This document shows positions 1 through 9,222 of a stretch of 64,000 bases of DNA, piece after piece (position 1 is the stretch's first letter; each line of letters starts with the position of its first letter). The stretch is from the sequence record NZ_CP023526.1. The stretch is one strand, 5' to 3'. The notes beneath the pieces are model-generated. The model was not told the DNA's origin. It saw nothing but the letters and a program-made list of their open reading frames with translations, and made no database searches. The DNA is from a plasmid. A program made the position numbers and the translations under genes.

Positions 1-854
1 ATTTCAAGTTTACTCGAGATACCTTTGGTCCCGAGGGTTACAGAGAAATCAGGGTCGTCGCTGACTATCTGACCCTTGCCATAGACAGGCTCTGTTATGT
101 TAGCTGCCTGTGCTATTTTTCGTGCATAACCCAGCCTCAGGATGCTGGAATTGTGGCTATTTTGTAGTTGAACACGATCCAACGTCAATTTTTCCCTCTC
201 AGTATTAAGTTTCAATGCCAGGGCATTACGAATACCACGCACTATTTGACTGGCTGTTTTATCCGAGATAAAAGCAATATAGCCACTAAGCACATCTTGT
301 GCATCACTGGCATGGGCTCCGGTAAAACTTAATGTCCAGGAACGGAAAGGCTGATCAGACTCATTTTTTCCCGTATAATTATTCGATGCTTTCATCTGTT
401 CAGCAATCTCGCTGATAGTATGACGAAAAGCGTCCGCATTTTTTCCCGCCGCCACAAGCTTCCCGACCAAAGCAGGTGCTGACCTAATATATTCATTCAC
501 CAATCGCTGTGACTCAAACTTTTTAATAAATAAATTAAACATATCATCCCGATCGACAGAATAATCAACACCAAGGATCTGTATATCTGCCAGGGTTTCT
601 TGTAATTCATCCAGTTGTGTCGACTCTACAGGCGTAATTATGGCTTTACTGGTCCAGGCTTGGGGTTGAAATAAATACACCATACATCCCGTCAGCATGC
701 AAACAAAGATAATGATAATAACTCTTTTCTTTGCAAGCCAAAGTGAAGTAAGTAAATCTATAAGATCAATTTCGTTGATGTCGTGTAATGGTGATTTAAC
801 ATGTTCAAGAAACGCCACATGATCTACCGACGGAATATCTTTATAAGGGGACAT
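1..854 (-). CDS. Wzz/FepE-family polysaccharide co-polymerase (chain-length determinant), N-terminal 284 aa; C-terminus lies beyond window start
   Basis: Manual translation of minus strand from ATG (revcomp of 852-854) gives MSPYKDIPSVDHVAFLEHVKSPLHDINEIDLIDLLTSLWLAKKRVIIIIFVCMLTG...QAWTSKAIITP...DDPDFSVTLGTKGISSKLE with no stops to position 1. These blocks align to my recollection of E. coli FepE (EIDLLNLISVLWRAKK..., QKWTSAAVVTP, DDPDFSISLGADGIERKLE). The ORF is absent from the supplied track because it is cut by the window edge. Confidence 0.75.
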   Translation of the reverse strand, partial: MSPYKDIPSVDHVAFLEHVKSPLHDINEIDLIDLLTSLWLAKKRVIIIIFVCMLTGCMVYLFQPQAWTSKAIITPVESTQLDELQETLADIQILGVDYSVDRDDMFNLFIKKFESQRLVNEYIRSAPALVGKLVAAGKNADAFRHTISEIAEQMKASNNYTGKNESDQPFRSWTLSFTGAHASDAQDVLSGYIAFISDKTASQIVRGIRNALALKLNTEREKLTLDRVQLQNSHNSSILRLGYARKIAQAANITEPVYGKGQIVSDDPDFSVTLGTKGISSKLE

Positions 855-1557
855 GATTAAACATCTCGCACGTTACGCAATTCTTTTAAGAATCTCAATG
901 ACTGAAAACCAGGAAATAAATAGCCATTCAGGATAACGCAGACGATCGCTGGATCGCATGACTATTCGGGTACAATTCGGATTTTTCAGTGAAGGGCCTG
1001 ACTCAGTCAGGATCGAAGCGCGTGGTCCCGTGCAAAAAATTGAGCAGCAACTCAAACACAATCAGGCACAGTTAGATCGTGGGCTTCACCCGTAGAACTG
1101 GCAAGATATCGCGCCCAAATTGCATCCTGGGTCTGAATCAGTATGGCGAAAAAGTCTGGTATCTATCCCATAAACGGTAATCCAGCAGGCCTTCCTGGGG
1201 TGCCACGGCACATCGGATACGGCTGATTTATTCACCGGAAAAACGCGTATTAATGGGGATGGGTCACACCAGTACACGACAGGAAGCTAATCCATGAATA
1301 AAATGACCTGGAAAGTGAAATTATTTCTCTTCGCATAAAAACCATTATCTGACTAACTAAAGCCGACTGTGAATAATTATCTAATTCTCTCCATGACCGC
1401 CTAACTGCCTGCAACAATTAATTAATAAAAATGGCTAAATTTAACCTTACGATAACTCTTCATGGATTATGTTCTTTATTTCTTCAGGCGTTGATAATTG
1501 GTTTGGATTTCACTTGTTCTAATAATCCATTAATTAAAACAGGAGATGACGTTTTTG

Positions 1558-1950
1558 ATGAAACAGATAATGAAATGGTTTTCCTCCGCGATTGTCGTCG
1601 GCTTACTGGCAGGCTGCGTCTCACGCACCGCGCCAATTGAAACCGTACAAAACAATGTCAGCACCGGGCATACCGAAACGCAGGTTCGCGCCGCTATTCT
1701 GAAGGCGGGTCTGAATCGCCAGTGGATCATGAACGATGCTGGTCCTGGCGTGATTAACGGTCGCCAACAGGCACGCGACCATCGTGCCAATATTATTGTG
1801 CAGTATTCTGCCAACAGCTACATCATTAAATATGACAGCAGCGTCAATCTGATGGCTGCCGAAGGAAAAATTCATAAGAATTACAACCGCTGGGTGCATA
1901 ACCTCGATAAAGATATTCAGATGAATCTTTCCACCGGGGCACAACTGTAA
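1558..1950 (+). CDS. putative lipoprotein (first gene of the APE-type cluster)
   Basis: MKQIMKWFSSAIVVGLLAGC lipobox signal peptide; AGGAG at 1541-1545 upstream; function unknown. Confidence 0.6.
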   Translation: MKQIMKWFSSAIVVGLLAGCVSRTAPIETVQNNVSTGHTETQVRAAILKAGLNRQWIMNDAGPGVINGRQQARDHRANIIVQYSANSYIIKYDSSVNLMAAEGKIHKNYNRWVHNLDKDIQMNLSTGAQL

Positions 1951-2203
1951 TCCACCGTCGCACGCACGGGTCACCAGACACCGTGCGTAATAGCCTGCGA
2001 GAAAAGACCGAATTTCTATCGATTTCGCCCCGCAACAGTTCCCCCTGGGGCCTTCAACATTGCATGATGTGATGCACCAGGCCGCACTTTGCAGGTGACA
2101 CCGGCTGGATAAACCGTGACAACGAAATACTGCCACATGAATAACACAAAAATAACTGGCTTAACATTACTGCTCTGAGTAGGGAAAGACCTGGCTTACA
2201 CCA

Positions 2204-2926
2204 ATGAACTTTGCATTAAACCTAACCGACTGGCAGGCCCGGGCGCCTGGATTAAGCGATAACGCCGAGTGGCTCGACTGGGCCCAAAGCGCGAACACTA
2301 TCGACCCGGACGCCCCGCAAGCTAAGCTGACGACACTTCCGATGATGACCGCACGCCGCCTGAGTTCAGGTAGCAAGCTGGCGGTGGAATGCGGTCTGTC
2401 GATGCTGCGCAAGCATGCTGTAGATGCGGTGCTCTATACCAGCCGCCACGGCGAACTGGAGCGAAACTACCGCATTCTGGAGGCGCTTGCTACGCGTCAG
2501 CCTGTGTCGCCGACTGATTTCGCACTCTCCGTACACAACTCGGCGGTGGGAAATCTGACTGTTGTGGCCGAACATCCCGTCGTCTCGTCGTCGCTCTCGG
2601 CAGGGAAAGACACTTTCCTGCAGGGGCTGTGCGAAGTCATCAGCCTGTTGCAGGCAGGTTACCAGTGCGTGCTGATGGTCGATTTTGACGGTAATGTGCC
2701 GGCGTTTTATCACCCGGACCTGCCCCCCGACATGCCTGACTGGGCCTACGCGGTAGCGCTGGTGTTTGAGGCCGACAATAGCCTGAAATGTACCACGGCA
2801 CCGGGCGGCAACGCAGGGGAAAGCGGCTTACCGCAAAGCCTGACATTTCTGCGCCACCATTTGCGCGACGACCGGGAATTCACCATCGAAGGTGAGGTCT
2901 CCCGTTGGAACTGGTCCCGCGTATGA
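2204..2926 (+). CDS. apeC: beta-ketoacyl-synthase-like chain-length-factor subunit (KS partner) of aryl-polyene PKS
   Basis: 240-aa KS-fold-like protein with no active-site Cys context. It sits first in a row of lettered APE genes (gene order C to R matches the alphabetical Xenorhabdus/E. coli APE nomenclature). Its stop overlaps the next start in an ATGA. Confidence 0.6.
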   Translation: MNFALNLTDWQARAPGLSDNAEWLDWAQSANTIDPDAPQAKLTTLPMMTARRLSSGSKLAVECGLSMLRKHAVDAVLYTSRHGELERNYRILEALATRQPVSPTDFALSVHNSAVGNLTVVAEHPVVSSSLSAGKDTFLQGLCEVISLLQAGYQCVLMVDFDGNVPAFYHPDLPPDMPDWAYAVALVFEADNSLKCTTAPGGNAGESGLPQSLTFLRHHLRDDREFTIEGEVSRWNWSRV

Positions 2927-3696
2927 AATTGCTCAACCGCCTGTGGCGTATTTTCGCCACCGGATTTTGCTTCTCGCTGTTTGGGCTTGGCGGCCTGCTG
3001 CTGTCGCTTATCGGATTCAACATACTGTCAGGTGTGGTACGTGATGCCGCGAAACGGCGTCGCATCGCCCGTCGCAGCATTTCGCTGAGCTTCCGATTTT
3101 TTCTGTGGGTCACTAAAGCGATGGGCGTGCTGGATTACCGCTTTCACGGCAGAGCCATTTTGCAGCAGGAACAAGGCTGTCTGATTGTCGCCAATCATCC
3201 GTCGCTGCTGGACTACGTGCTCCTGGCCTCGATGATGCCGGAAACTGACTGCCTGGTGAAAAGCGGGCTGCTGAAAAACCCGTTTGTCAGCGGCGTGATC
3301 CACAGTGCCGACTACCTGATCAACAGTCAGGCCACCAGTCTGCTGCCCGAGAGTCAGCGGCGGCTGGCGCAGGGCGACACCATTGTGATATTCCCGGAAG
3401 GCACTCGAACCCGCTACGGTGAACCGATGACCCTGCAGCGCGGTGCGGCGAATATTGCGGTGCGGTGCGCAAGCGATGTCCGCCTGGTAACCATTCATTG
3501 CAGTGAACGGATGCTCGATAAACAGAGTCGGTGGTACGACGTACCACCGGTAAAACCGGTCTTTGAAGTGAAGGTTGGCGATCGCATCGCCATGACCGAT
3601 TTTTATGATGCAAACACACAGGAACCCGCCATGGCAGCCCGCCAGCTCAACCGGTTGTTTCTGTCTGAATTACAAAACACAAACCCGGAAAGATGA
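2923..3696 (+). CDS. apeD: lysophospholipid (1-acyl-glycerol-3-phosphate, PlsC-family) acyltransferase
   Basis: HPSLLDY (HxxxxD-like) and FPEGTR acyltransferase motifs; N-terminal TM helix; ATG at 2923 overlaps the apeC stop (ATGA). In-frame alternative ATG at 2905. Confidence 0.75.
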   Translation: MKLLNRLWRIFATGFCFSLFGLGGLLLSLIGFNILSGVVRDAAKRRRIARRSISLSFRFFLWVTKAMGVLDYRFHGRAILQQEQGCLIVANHPSLLDYVLLASMMPETDCLVKSGLLKNPFVSGVIHSADYLINSQATSLLPESQRRLAQGDTIVIFPEGTRTRYGEPMTLQRGAANIAVRCASDVRLVTIHCSERMLDKQSRWYDVPPVKPVFEVKVGDRIAMTDFYDANTQEPAMAARQLNRLFLSELQNTNPER

Positions 3697-3986
3697 CCGG
3701 GAACGCCCTTTTATGGCAGGAATTAATGATGCAAACGCTTTATTTTGAACTCAAAAATCTCATCATTCAGACCCTGAATTTTGAGGAGTTATCCGCGAAT
3801 GAAATTGACACCCATGCCCCTCTCTTTGGCGACGGTTTAGGCCTGGATTCCATTGATGCGCTGGAGCTGGGGCTGGCGGTGAAAGATCGGTATGGCGTGG
3901 TGCTTTCCGCGGAAAGCGAAGAGATGCGTCAGCATTTCTATTCCGTTGCCACACTGGCGTCCTTTATCAGCACGCAGCGTGCCTGA
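3693..3986 (+). CDS. apeE: acyl carrier protein
   Basis: GLDSIDALELG phosphopantetheine-attachment serine motif; ATG at 3693 overlaps the upstream TGA. Alternative start at 3726 (MMQTLYF...) would give an 86-aa ACP. Confidence 0.8.
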   Translation: MTGNALLWQELMMQTLYFELKNLIIQTLNFEELSANEIDTHAPLFGDGLGLDSIDALELGLAVKDRYGVVLSAESEEMRQHFYSVATLASFISTQRA

Positions 3987-3998
3987 GGACGAATTCGT

Positions 3999-4250
3999 AT
4001 GACCACACAAGAAACCCTTTATGAGGAAGTGACCGAACTTCTGCACAAGCTGTTTGAAATCGATCCTCTGAATGTCAAACCTGAATCCCGCCTGTACGAA
4101 GACCTGGAGCTGGACAGCATCGACGCCGTCGATATGGTCGTTCACCTGCAGAAAAAAACCGGCAAAAAAATTAAGCCAGACGAATTCAGGTCAGTCCGCA
4201 CCGTTCAGGATGTGGTTAATACGGTAAATCGTCTGCTGCACGGCGAGTGA
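3999..4250 (+). CDS. apeF: acyl carrier protein (second ACP)
   Basis: LELDSIDAVDMV Ppant-serine motif; 83 aa; GAGGA RBS 7 nt upstream. Confidence 0.85.
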   Translation: MTTQETLYEEVTELLHKLFEIDPLNVKPESRLYEDLELDSIDAVDMVVHLQKKTGKKIKPDEFRSVRTVQDVVNTVNRLLHGE

Positions 4251-4834
4251 CCGTGCACAGTTCACGCTCGCTGCAGTGGATACGGCAGGTGGCGGGGGCG
4301 GCGGTACTCGCCTGGCCGCTACTGTTTGGGTTTGATCTGGCCTACAAAGGTCTGCACTGGTTGCTTCCCGTCATGGCTTTGCTGCTACTGGCACGTTTGT
4401 GCCTGATGCGTCACCAGCCAGGACCGCTGCAGGGTGTGTTGCAGACGGTGACGCTGGCAGGCCTCGCGCTTTGCGTCACCAGTAGCTTACTGAAAACACA
4501 CCAGTTGCTGCTGTTCTATCCGGTGGTGGTCAATCTGGTGATGCTTGCCGTGTTTGGCAGTTCACTGTGGAGCGCCATGCCACTGGTCGAGCGTATCGCC
4601 CGCCTGCGTGAGGCCGAACTGCCCCCGGCAGGCGTGCGTTATACCCGGCAGGTCACCCGTGTCTGGTGCCTGTTTTTTATCGTGAACGGAGCAATTGCCC
4701 TCTTCACTGCCGTTTGCGGCGATATGAAGCTGTGGACCGCGTGGAACGGCGTCATAGCCTATCTGCTGATGGGTACACTGATGGCCGCAGAATGGCGGGT
4801 TCGCAGACATTTGATGAAAAGAGAACAACCATGA
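4247..4834 (+). CDS. apeG: integral membrane protein of APE cluster
   Basis: GTG start overlapping the ACP stop; multiple hydrophobic helices (LLFGFDLAYKGLHWLLPVMALLLLARL...); stop overlaps the next ATG. Confidence 0.6.
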   Translation: MTVHSSRSLQWIRQVAGAAVLAWPLLFGFDLAYKGLHWLLPVMALLLLARLCLMRHQPGPLQGVLQTVTLAGLALCVTSSLLKTHQLLLFYPVVVNLVMLAVFGSSLWSAMPLVERIARLREAELPPAGVRYTRQVTRVWCLFFIVNGAIALFTAVCGDMKLWTAWNGVIAYLLMGTLMAAEWRVRRHLMKREQP

Positions 4835-6174
4835 CACACCCCCTGCCGCTGGCTCAGTGGCTGAGCCTGTCGCGGCCTGACGACACCTGCATTGCCTGGC
4901 TTGGCGAACGCCAGTGGTCACTTGGCGAACTGCGCCACGACGTCGCGGCCCATGTAAAGGCTTTACAGGCACAGCCCGGTCAACGCTGGGCGATCTGTTT
5001 CGAGGACAGCTATCTGTTTATTGTCGCACTGCTCGCCGCCTTGCACGCAGGAAAAGTGCCGGTGATCCCCGGGCATTGCCGCGCCTCCGTGCTGAACGAA
5101 CAACGGGAAATATTCGATGGCGTCCTGAGCGACACGGAGCTTAAGTACAACGGGTTACAAATCGTGGTTCGCACGGGTGCTCATCAGGGCGAGGTCGCGC
5201 TACCACCTGTCGCTGAAGACTGCTACGTCGAAGTGTTAACCTCGGGCTCAACGGGCCGACCGAAGCAAATTATCAAACCCGTGGCTCTGCTTGATAAAGA
5301 AGCCAGCATGCTGCACACCCACTTCAGCCCGCGTTTTGACGGTTGCCGGGTGGTGGCCTCCGTCATACCGCTGCACCTTTATGGCCTGACGTTCCGCATC
5401 TTTTTGCCAATGGCCTGCGGCATGCCGCTGCACGCGGCGATGACCAGTTACATCGAACAGCTCTGTGCGCTGGACAACCGGCACCGCTACGTATTTATCA
5501 GTAGCCCGGCGTTCCTGAAGCGGCTTGACCAGAACCTGACGCCGCCGCCGGTGGGCATGATCCTCTCTGCAGGCGATACGCTACCGTGGAAAAGCGTGCA
5601 GGACACTCAGCGATGGTTCAACGTCTGGCCGGATGAAATCTACGGCAGTACAGAAACCGGGATTATGGCCTGGCAACATCGTATGAATAACGAGACCTCA
5701 TGGCGGCTTTTTCCGGGCGTGACCCTGCATGCCGAAGGCGAAGAATGGCGTTTGCGGTCACCGCTGCTGGCGCAAGCCAAAGGGCTGCTACTTGACGATG
5801 ACATAGAGCAGATGAATGACAGTTTTCGCCTTACGGGCCGTCGGGGCCGCATTGTCAAAATGGAAGAAAAACGCATTTCGCTGAGCGAAGTGGAACACCG
5901 CCTGATGGCGTTGCCGGGCGTGAGGGATGCCGTCGCAGTGCCCGTTTTACGCGGGGGTCGTCAGCGCCTTGGCGTGGTACTGGTGCTGAGCGAGAACGCA
6001 CGCCAGCAGTGGCTGCAAACCGATGGAAAAGCGCAGGAGCAAGCGTGGTATCAGGCGTTGTTGCCGCTGCTGGATCCGATCGCCGTGCCCCGTTACTGGC
6101 GGGTGGTTGATGAAATACCTGTTAACAGCATGAATAAACGCGTGTGCGCGCAATTGCAGGAGTTATTTGCATGA
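4831..6174 (+). CDS. apeH: AMP-dependent synthetase/ligase (acyl/aryl-ACP ligase, starter activation)
   Basis: TSGSTGRPK adenylation core motif and YGSTETG motif. The track ORF 4666..6174 carries a spurious N-terminal extension; real start MTHPLPLAQW at 4831 (ATGA overlap). Confidence 0.85.
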   Translation: MTHPLPLAQWLSLSRPDDTCIAWLGERQWSLGELRHDVAAHVKALQAQPGQRWAICFEDSYLFIVALLAALHAGKVPVIPGHCRASVLNEQREIFDGVLSDTELKYNGLQIVVRTGAHQGEVALPPVAEDCYVEVLTSGSTGRPKQIIKPVALLDKEASMLHTHFSPRFDGCRVVASVIPLHLYGLTFRIFLPMACGMPLHAAMTSYIEQLCALDNRHRYVFISSPAFLKRLDQNLTPPPVGMILSAGDTLPWKSVQDTQRWFNVWPDEIYGSTETGIMAWQHRMNNETSWRLFPGVTLHAEGEEWRLRSPLLAQAKGLLLDDDIEQMNDSFRLTGRRGRIVKMEEKRISLSEVEHRLMALPGVRDAVAVPVLRGGRQRLGVVLVLSENARQQWLQTDGKAQEQAWYQALLPLLDPIAVPRYWRVVDEIPVNSMNKRVCAQLQELFA

Positions 6175-6524
6175 AACCGCGTGAAATTGAACGCCATCTG
6201 ATCGGGCCAGGGACGTTATCCATTGTGCTGTATCTGGATCCGGACCTGTTTTGGTTCCAGGGTCACTTTGACGTCCAGTCCCTGCTGCCGGGCGTGGCAC
6301 AACTCGACTGGGTCATGCACTATGCCCTCCCCCTGCTGGCCCCTGGCTACCATTTTCACCGTATCCAGAACCTCAAGTTTCAGGCGCCTCTGCTGCCAGA
6401 CACCATCGTCACGCTGACGCTTAACTGGCAGGCGGAAAAACAGCTACTGACCTTTAGCTATCTGCGCCATGACGGCGACATCCGCCTCACCGCCAGCAGC
6501 GGAAAAATTTGCTTATGTCAGTAA
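6171..6524 (+). CDS. apeI: hot-dog fold 3-hydroxyacyl-ACP dehydratase-like protein
   Basis: 117 aa, FabA/FabZ-like hot-dog features (WFQGHF, HY); ATG 6171 overlaps the apeH stop. Confidence 0.7.
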   Translation: MKPREIERHLIGPGTLSIVLYLDPDLFWFQGHFDVQSLLPGVAQLDWVMHYALPLLAPGYHFHRIQNLKFQAPLLPDTIVTLTLNWQAEKQLLTFSYLRHDGDIRLTASSGKICLCQ

Positions 6525-8194
6525 TGTTTTCACCCTGCATTCTGATCCCCTGCTACAACCACGGTGCGATGATGGCGAGCGTGCTGGCGCGTCTTTCTGC
6601 ATTCGCTCTACCGTGCATTATCGTTGACGATGGCAGCGAGGAAGTCACACGGGTAGCGCTGGAAAAACTTGCCGCCAAACACGATAACGTCACGCTTGTC
6701 CGTCTGCCGGAGAATACTGGCAAAGGCGCGGCAGTGATCCGCGGTATTGAGGAAGCGCAGCGCGGAGGTTTCAGTCATGCAGTCCAGGTGGATGCCGACG
6801 GACAGCATGCGATTGAGGATGTTCCTCGCCTGCTGGCTGTGGCGCAGAAACATCCGGACGCGCTGATCTCCGGCAAACCCGTCTACGACGACTCCGTGCC
6901 GCGCTCGCGTCTCTATGGACGTTACGTTACCCACGTCTGGGTGTGGATTGAAACACTCTCTTTACAACTTCAGGACAGCATGTGCGGCTTTCGCGTTTAC
7001 CCCGTGGCTCCCACACTGAAGCTGACAGCGCGTGTGACGCCTGGCAAACGGATGGATTTCGATACCGACGTGATGGTGCGCCTCTACTGGCAGGGCAACA
7101 CCAGCTATTTCGTGCCCACGCAAGTGACCTACCCGCCAGACGGCCTGTCACACTTCGACGCCCTGGGGGACAACGTGCGAATAGCGTGGATGCATACCCG
7201 CCTGTTCTTTGGCATGCTGCCGCGCATCCCCTCACTGTTGAGGCGTAAACGCACGCAGCACTGGGCATGTCAGCCAGAGGCCAAAGGCTTATGGGGCATG
7301 CGCCTTATGATTTGGATATGGAAGACCTTTGGTCGGGGCACGTTTTCGCTGCTGTTATGGCCGGTGACAGCCGTGTTCTGGCTTACCGCCAGCGCACCGC
7401 GCCGCGCGTCGCAACAGTGGATTGCGGCAACCAGGAAAGTACTCGAAGCCCGCAATATGCCCCAGCCTGCGCGCCTTACCAGTTTTTATCATTTCATGCG
7501 CTTCGGACACGCCATTCTCGATAAAATCGCCAGCTGGGGCGGAGCCCTGCAACCCGGGCGCGATATCGCGTTTGCACCTGGTGCGGAGGAAACGCTGGAT
7601 ATGTCTGCCCCAAGAGGCAAGCTGCTGCTGGCATCACATCTTGGCGATGTGGAAGCCTGCCGGGCACTGTCGACCCGCACCATTAACGCCCTGGTGTTTA
7701 ACGATAACGCCCGGCGGTTTAAGCAGGTAATGGCAGAGAACGCCCCGCAGTCAGGCCTCCATCTGATCCCGGTGACGAACATTGGTCCGGATACCGCGAT
7801 GCTGCTGAAAGAGAAACTCGATCAGGGCGAATGGGTGGCAATTGTCGGTGACCGGATTGCGGTCAATCCGCCGCGCGGCGGCGGCTGGCGTGTTATCTGG
7901 AGCGAGTTTATGGGCAAACCTGCACCATTCCCGCAGGGGCCGTTTATTCTGGCCTCGGTGCTTAAATGTCCGGTGCTGATAATTTTCGCCCTCAAAAAGC
8001 AGGGCAAACTGCACATCCACTGCGAACCCTTCGCTGACCCGCTGCTGCTACCGCGCAGTGAGCGTCAGCAGGCCTTACAGGCCGCCGTCGACCACTACGC
8101 ACAACGCCTTGAACACTACGCCCTGCAGTCGCCTCTCGACTGGTTTAATTTTTTGGACTTCTGGCAGTTGCCGGACGCAACGGATAAGGAGTAA
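6515..8194 (+). CDS. apeJ: bifunctional GT2 glycosyltransferase / lipid-A-type (LpxL/HtrB-like) acyltransferase
   Basis: N-terminus ILIPCYNHG...VDDGS...QVDADGQH is a GT2 signature; C-terminal half is lauroyl/myristoyl-acyltransferase-like. Start ambiguous: TTG 6509, ATG 6515, ATG 6524. Confidence 0.75.
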   Translation: MSVMFSPCILIPCYNHGAMMASVLARLSAFALPCIIVDDGSEEVTRVALEKLAAKHDNVTLVRLPENTGKGAAVIRGIEEAQRGGFSHAVQVDADGQHAIEDVPRLLAVAQKHPDALISGKPVYDDSVPRSRLYGRYVTHVWVWIETLSLQLQDSMCGFRVYPVAPTLKLTARVTPGKRMDFDTDVMVRLYWQGNTSYFVPTQVTYPPDGLSHFDALGDNVRIAWMHTRLFFGMLPRIPSLLRRKRTQHWACQPEAKGLWGMRLMIWIWKTFGRGTFSLLLWPVTAVFWLTASAPRRASQQWIAATRKVLEARNMPQPARLTSFYHFMRFGHAILDKIASWGGALQPGRDIAFAPGAEETLDMSAPRGKLLLASHLGDVEACRALSTRTINALVFNDNARRFKQVMAENAPQSGLHLIPVTNIGPDTAMLLKEKLDQGEWVAIVGDRIAVNPPRGGGWRVIWSEFMGKPAPFPQGPFILASVLKCPVLIIFALKKQGKLHIHCEPFADPLLLPRSERQQALQAAVDHYAQRLEHYALQSPLDWFNFLDFWQLPDATDKE

Positions 8195-8197
8195 GGG

Positions 8198-8620
8198 GTG
8201 CTGAATGATCCCCGCTTTACCACTGAAGTTGAAATCACCGTGCCGTTCCACGACGTCGATATGATGGGGGTGGTGTGGCACGGCAACTATTTTCGCTACT
8301 TCGAAATGGCACGTGAGGCGCTGCTCAACCAGTTCGACTACGGCTACCGGCAGATGAAAAAATCCGGCTACGTCTGGCCAGTGGTGGACACACGTGTGAA
8401 ATACCGGGATGTGGTGACCTTCGAGCAGGTCATCCGCGTGCGGGCCACGCTCGAAGAGTATGAAAACCGGTTGCGCATCGGCTACGAAATTTTCGACGCC
8501 ACCACCGGGAAGCGAACCACTACCGGCTACACCATTCAGGTGGCGGTGGACGAACAAACCAAAGCGCTGTGTTTTGTCAGCCCGGCGATTTTATTTGCAC
8601 TCATGGGAGTGACACCATGA
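8198..8620 (+). CDS. apeK: 4HBT/YbgC-like acyl-CoA/ACP thioesterase
   Basis: Hot-dog thioesterase motif (PFHDVDMMGVVWHGNYFRYFE); GTG start with strong AAGGAG RBS at 8184-8189. Confidence 0.8.
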   Translation: MLNDPRFTTEVEITVPFHDVDMMGVVWHGNYFRYFEMAREALLNQFDYGYRQMKKSGYVWPVVDTRVKYRDVVTFEQVIRVRATLEEYENRLRIGYEIFDATTGKRTTTGYTIQVAVDEQTKALCFVSPAILFALMGVTP

Positions 8621-9222
8621 AATTCTGGCCGCTCATTGCCCTGCTGCTGGCCCCGCTGGCGCACGCCGTGACTCTGGACGGACTCCAGCAGCGTTTTGCT
8701 GAACAACCGGTTATCCGTGCACATTTCGAACAAATCCGCACCGTCAAGGCCATGCCACAGCCGCTTCGCTCGCAGGGTGAAATGCTGATCGCTCGTGGCA
8801 CCGGGCTATTGTGGGATCAGACCGCACCGTTCCCGATGAGGTTAATGCTCAATGATTCACGGATGGTTCAAAGCATTAACAACCAGCCGCCGCAGATCAT
8901 TACCGCGGATAACAATCCGCAGATATTTCAGTTCAACCATCTGCTGCGCGCGTTGTTCCAGGCGGATCGTAAGATGCTGGAGCAGAATTTCCGCCTCGAC
9001 TTTAAAGACCTGGGCAACGACCGCTGGACGTTGAAGCTGACGCCAGTCACCACCCCTCTGGACAAGATTTTCACCTCTATCGATTTAGGGGGTAAAACCT
9101 GTCTCGAGACCATCCAGCTTAATGATAAACAGGGTGATCGCACTGACATCACCCTGTCAAAACATCACCTGACCCCGGCTACTCTGACCGATGACGAACA
9201 TCAGCGCTTTGTCGCCCACTAA
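8617..9222 (+). CDS. apeL: LolA-like outer-membrane lipoprotein carrier protein
   Basis: Signal peptide MKFWPLIALLLAPLAHA; LolA-fold-like length (201 aa); ATGA overlap with the apeK stop. Confidence 0.7.
   Translation: MKFWPLIALLLAPLAHAVTLDGLQQRFAEQPVIRAHFEQIRTVKAMPQPLRSQGEMLIARGTGLLWDQTAPFPMRLMLNDSRMVQSINNQPPQIITADNNPQIFQFNHLLRALFQADRKMLEQNFRLDFKDLGNDRWTLKLTPVTTPLDKIFTSIDLGGKTCLETIQLNDKQGDRTDITLSKHHLTPATLTDDEHQRFVAH

Noticed and set aside
873-1277. Small minus-strand ORFs (62 and 63 aa) in the intergenic region between the FepE-like gene and the APE cluster
   Set aside because: No RBS or motifs; the region is the AT-rich divergent promoter zone.
1621-2136. 171-aa minus-strand ORF and other antisense ORFs within the APE operon (e.g. 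14791-15474, 10747-11295, 8075-8557)
   Set aside because: They overlap strongly supported + strand genes with clear enzymatic motifs and translational coupling; the antisense products show no motifs.
4666-4830. N-terminal extension of the AMP-ligase ORF (track ORF 4666..6174) and the 4914-5144 and 4562-4972 ORFs
   Set aside because: The extension overlaps the apeG membrane-protein frame. The ATG at 4831 with ATGA coupling gives a canonical adenylating-enzyme N-terminus.
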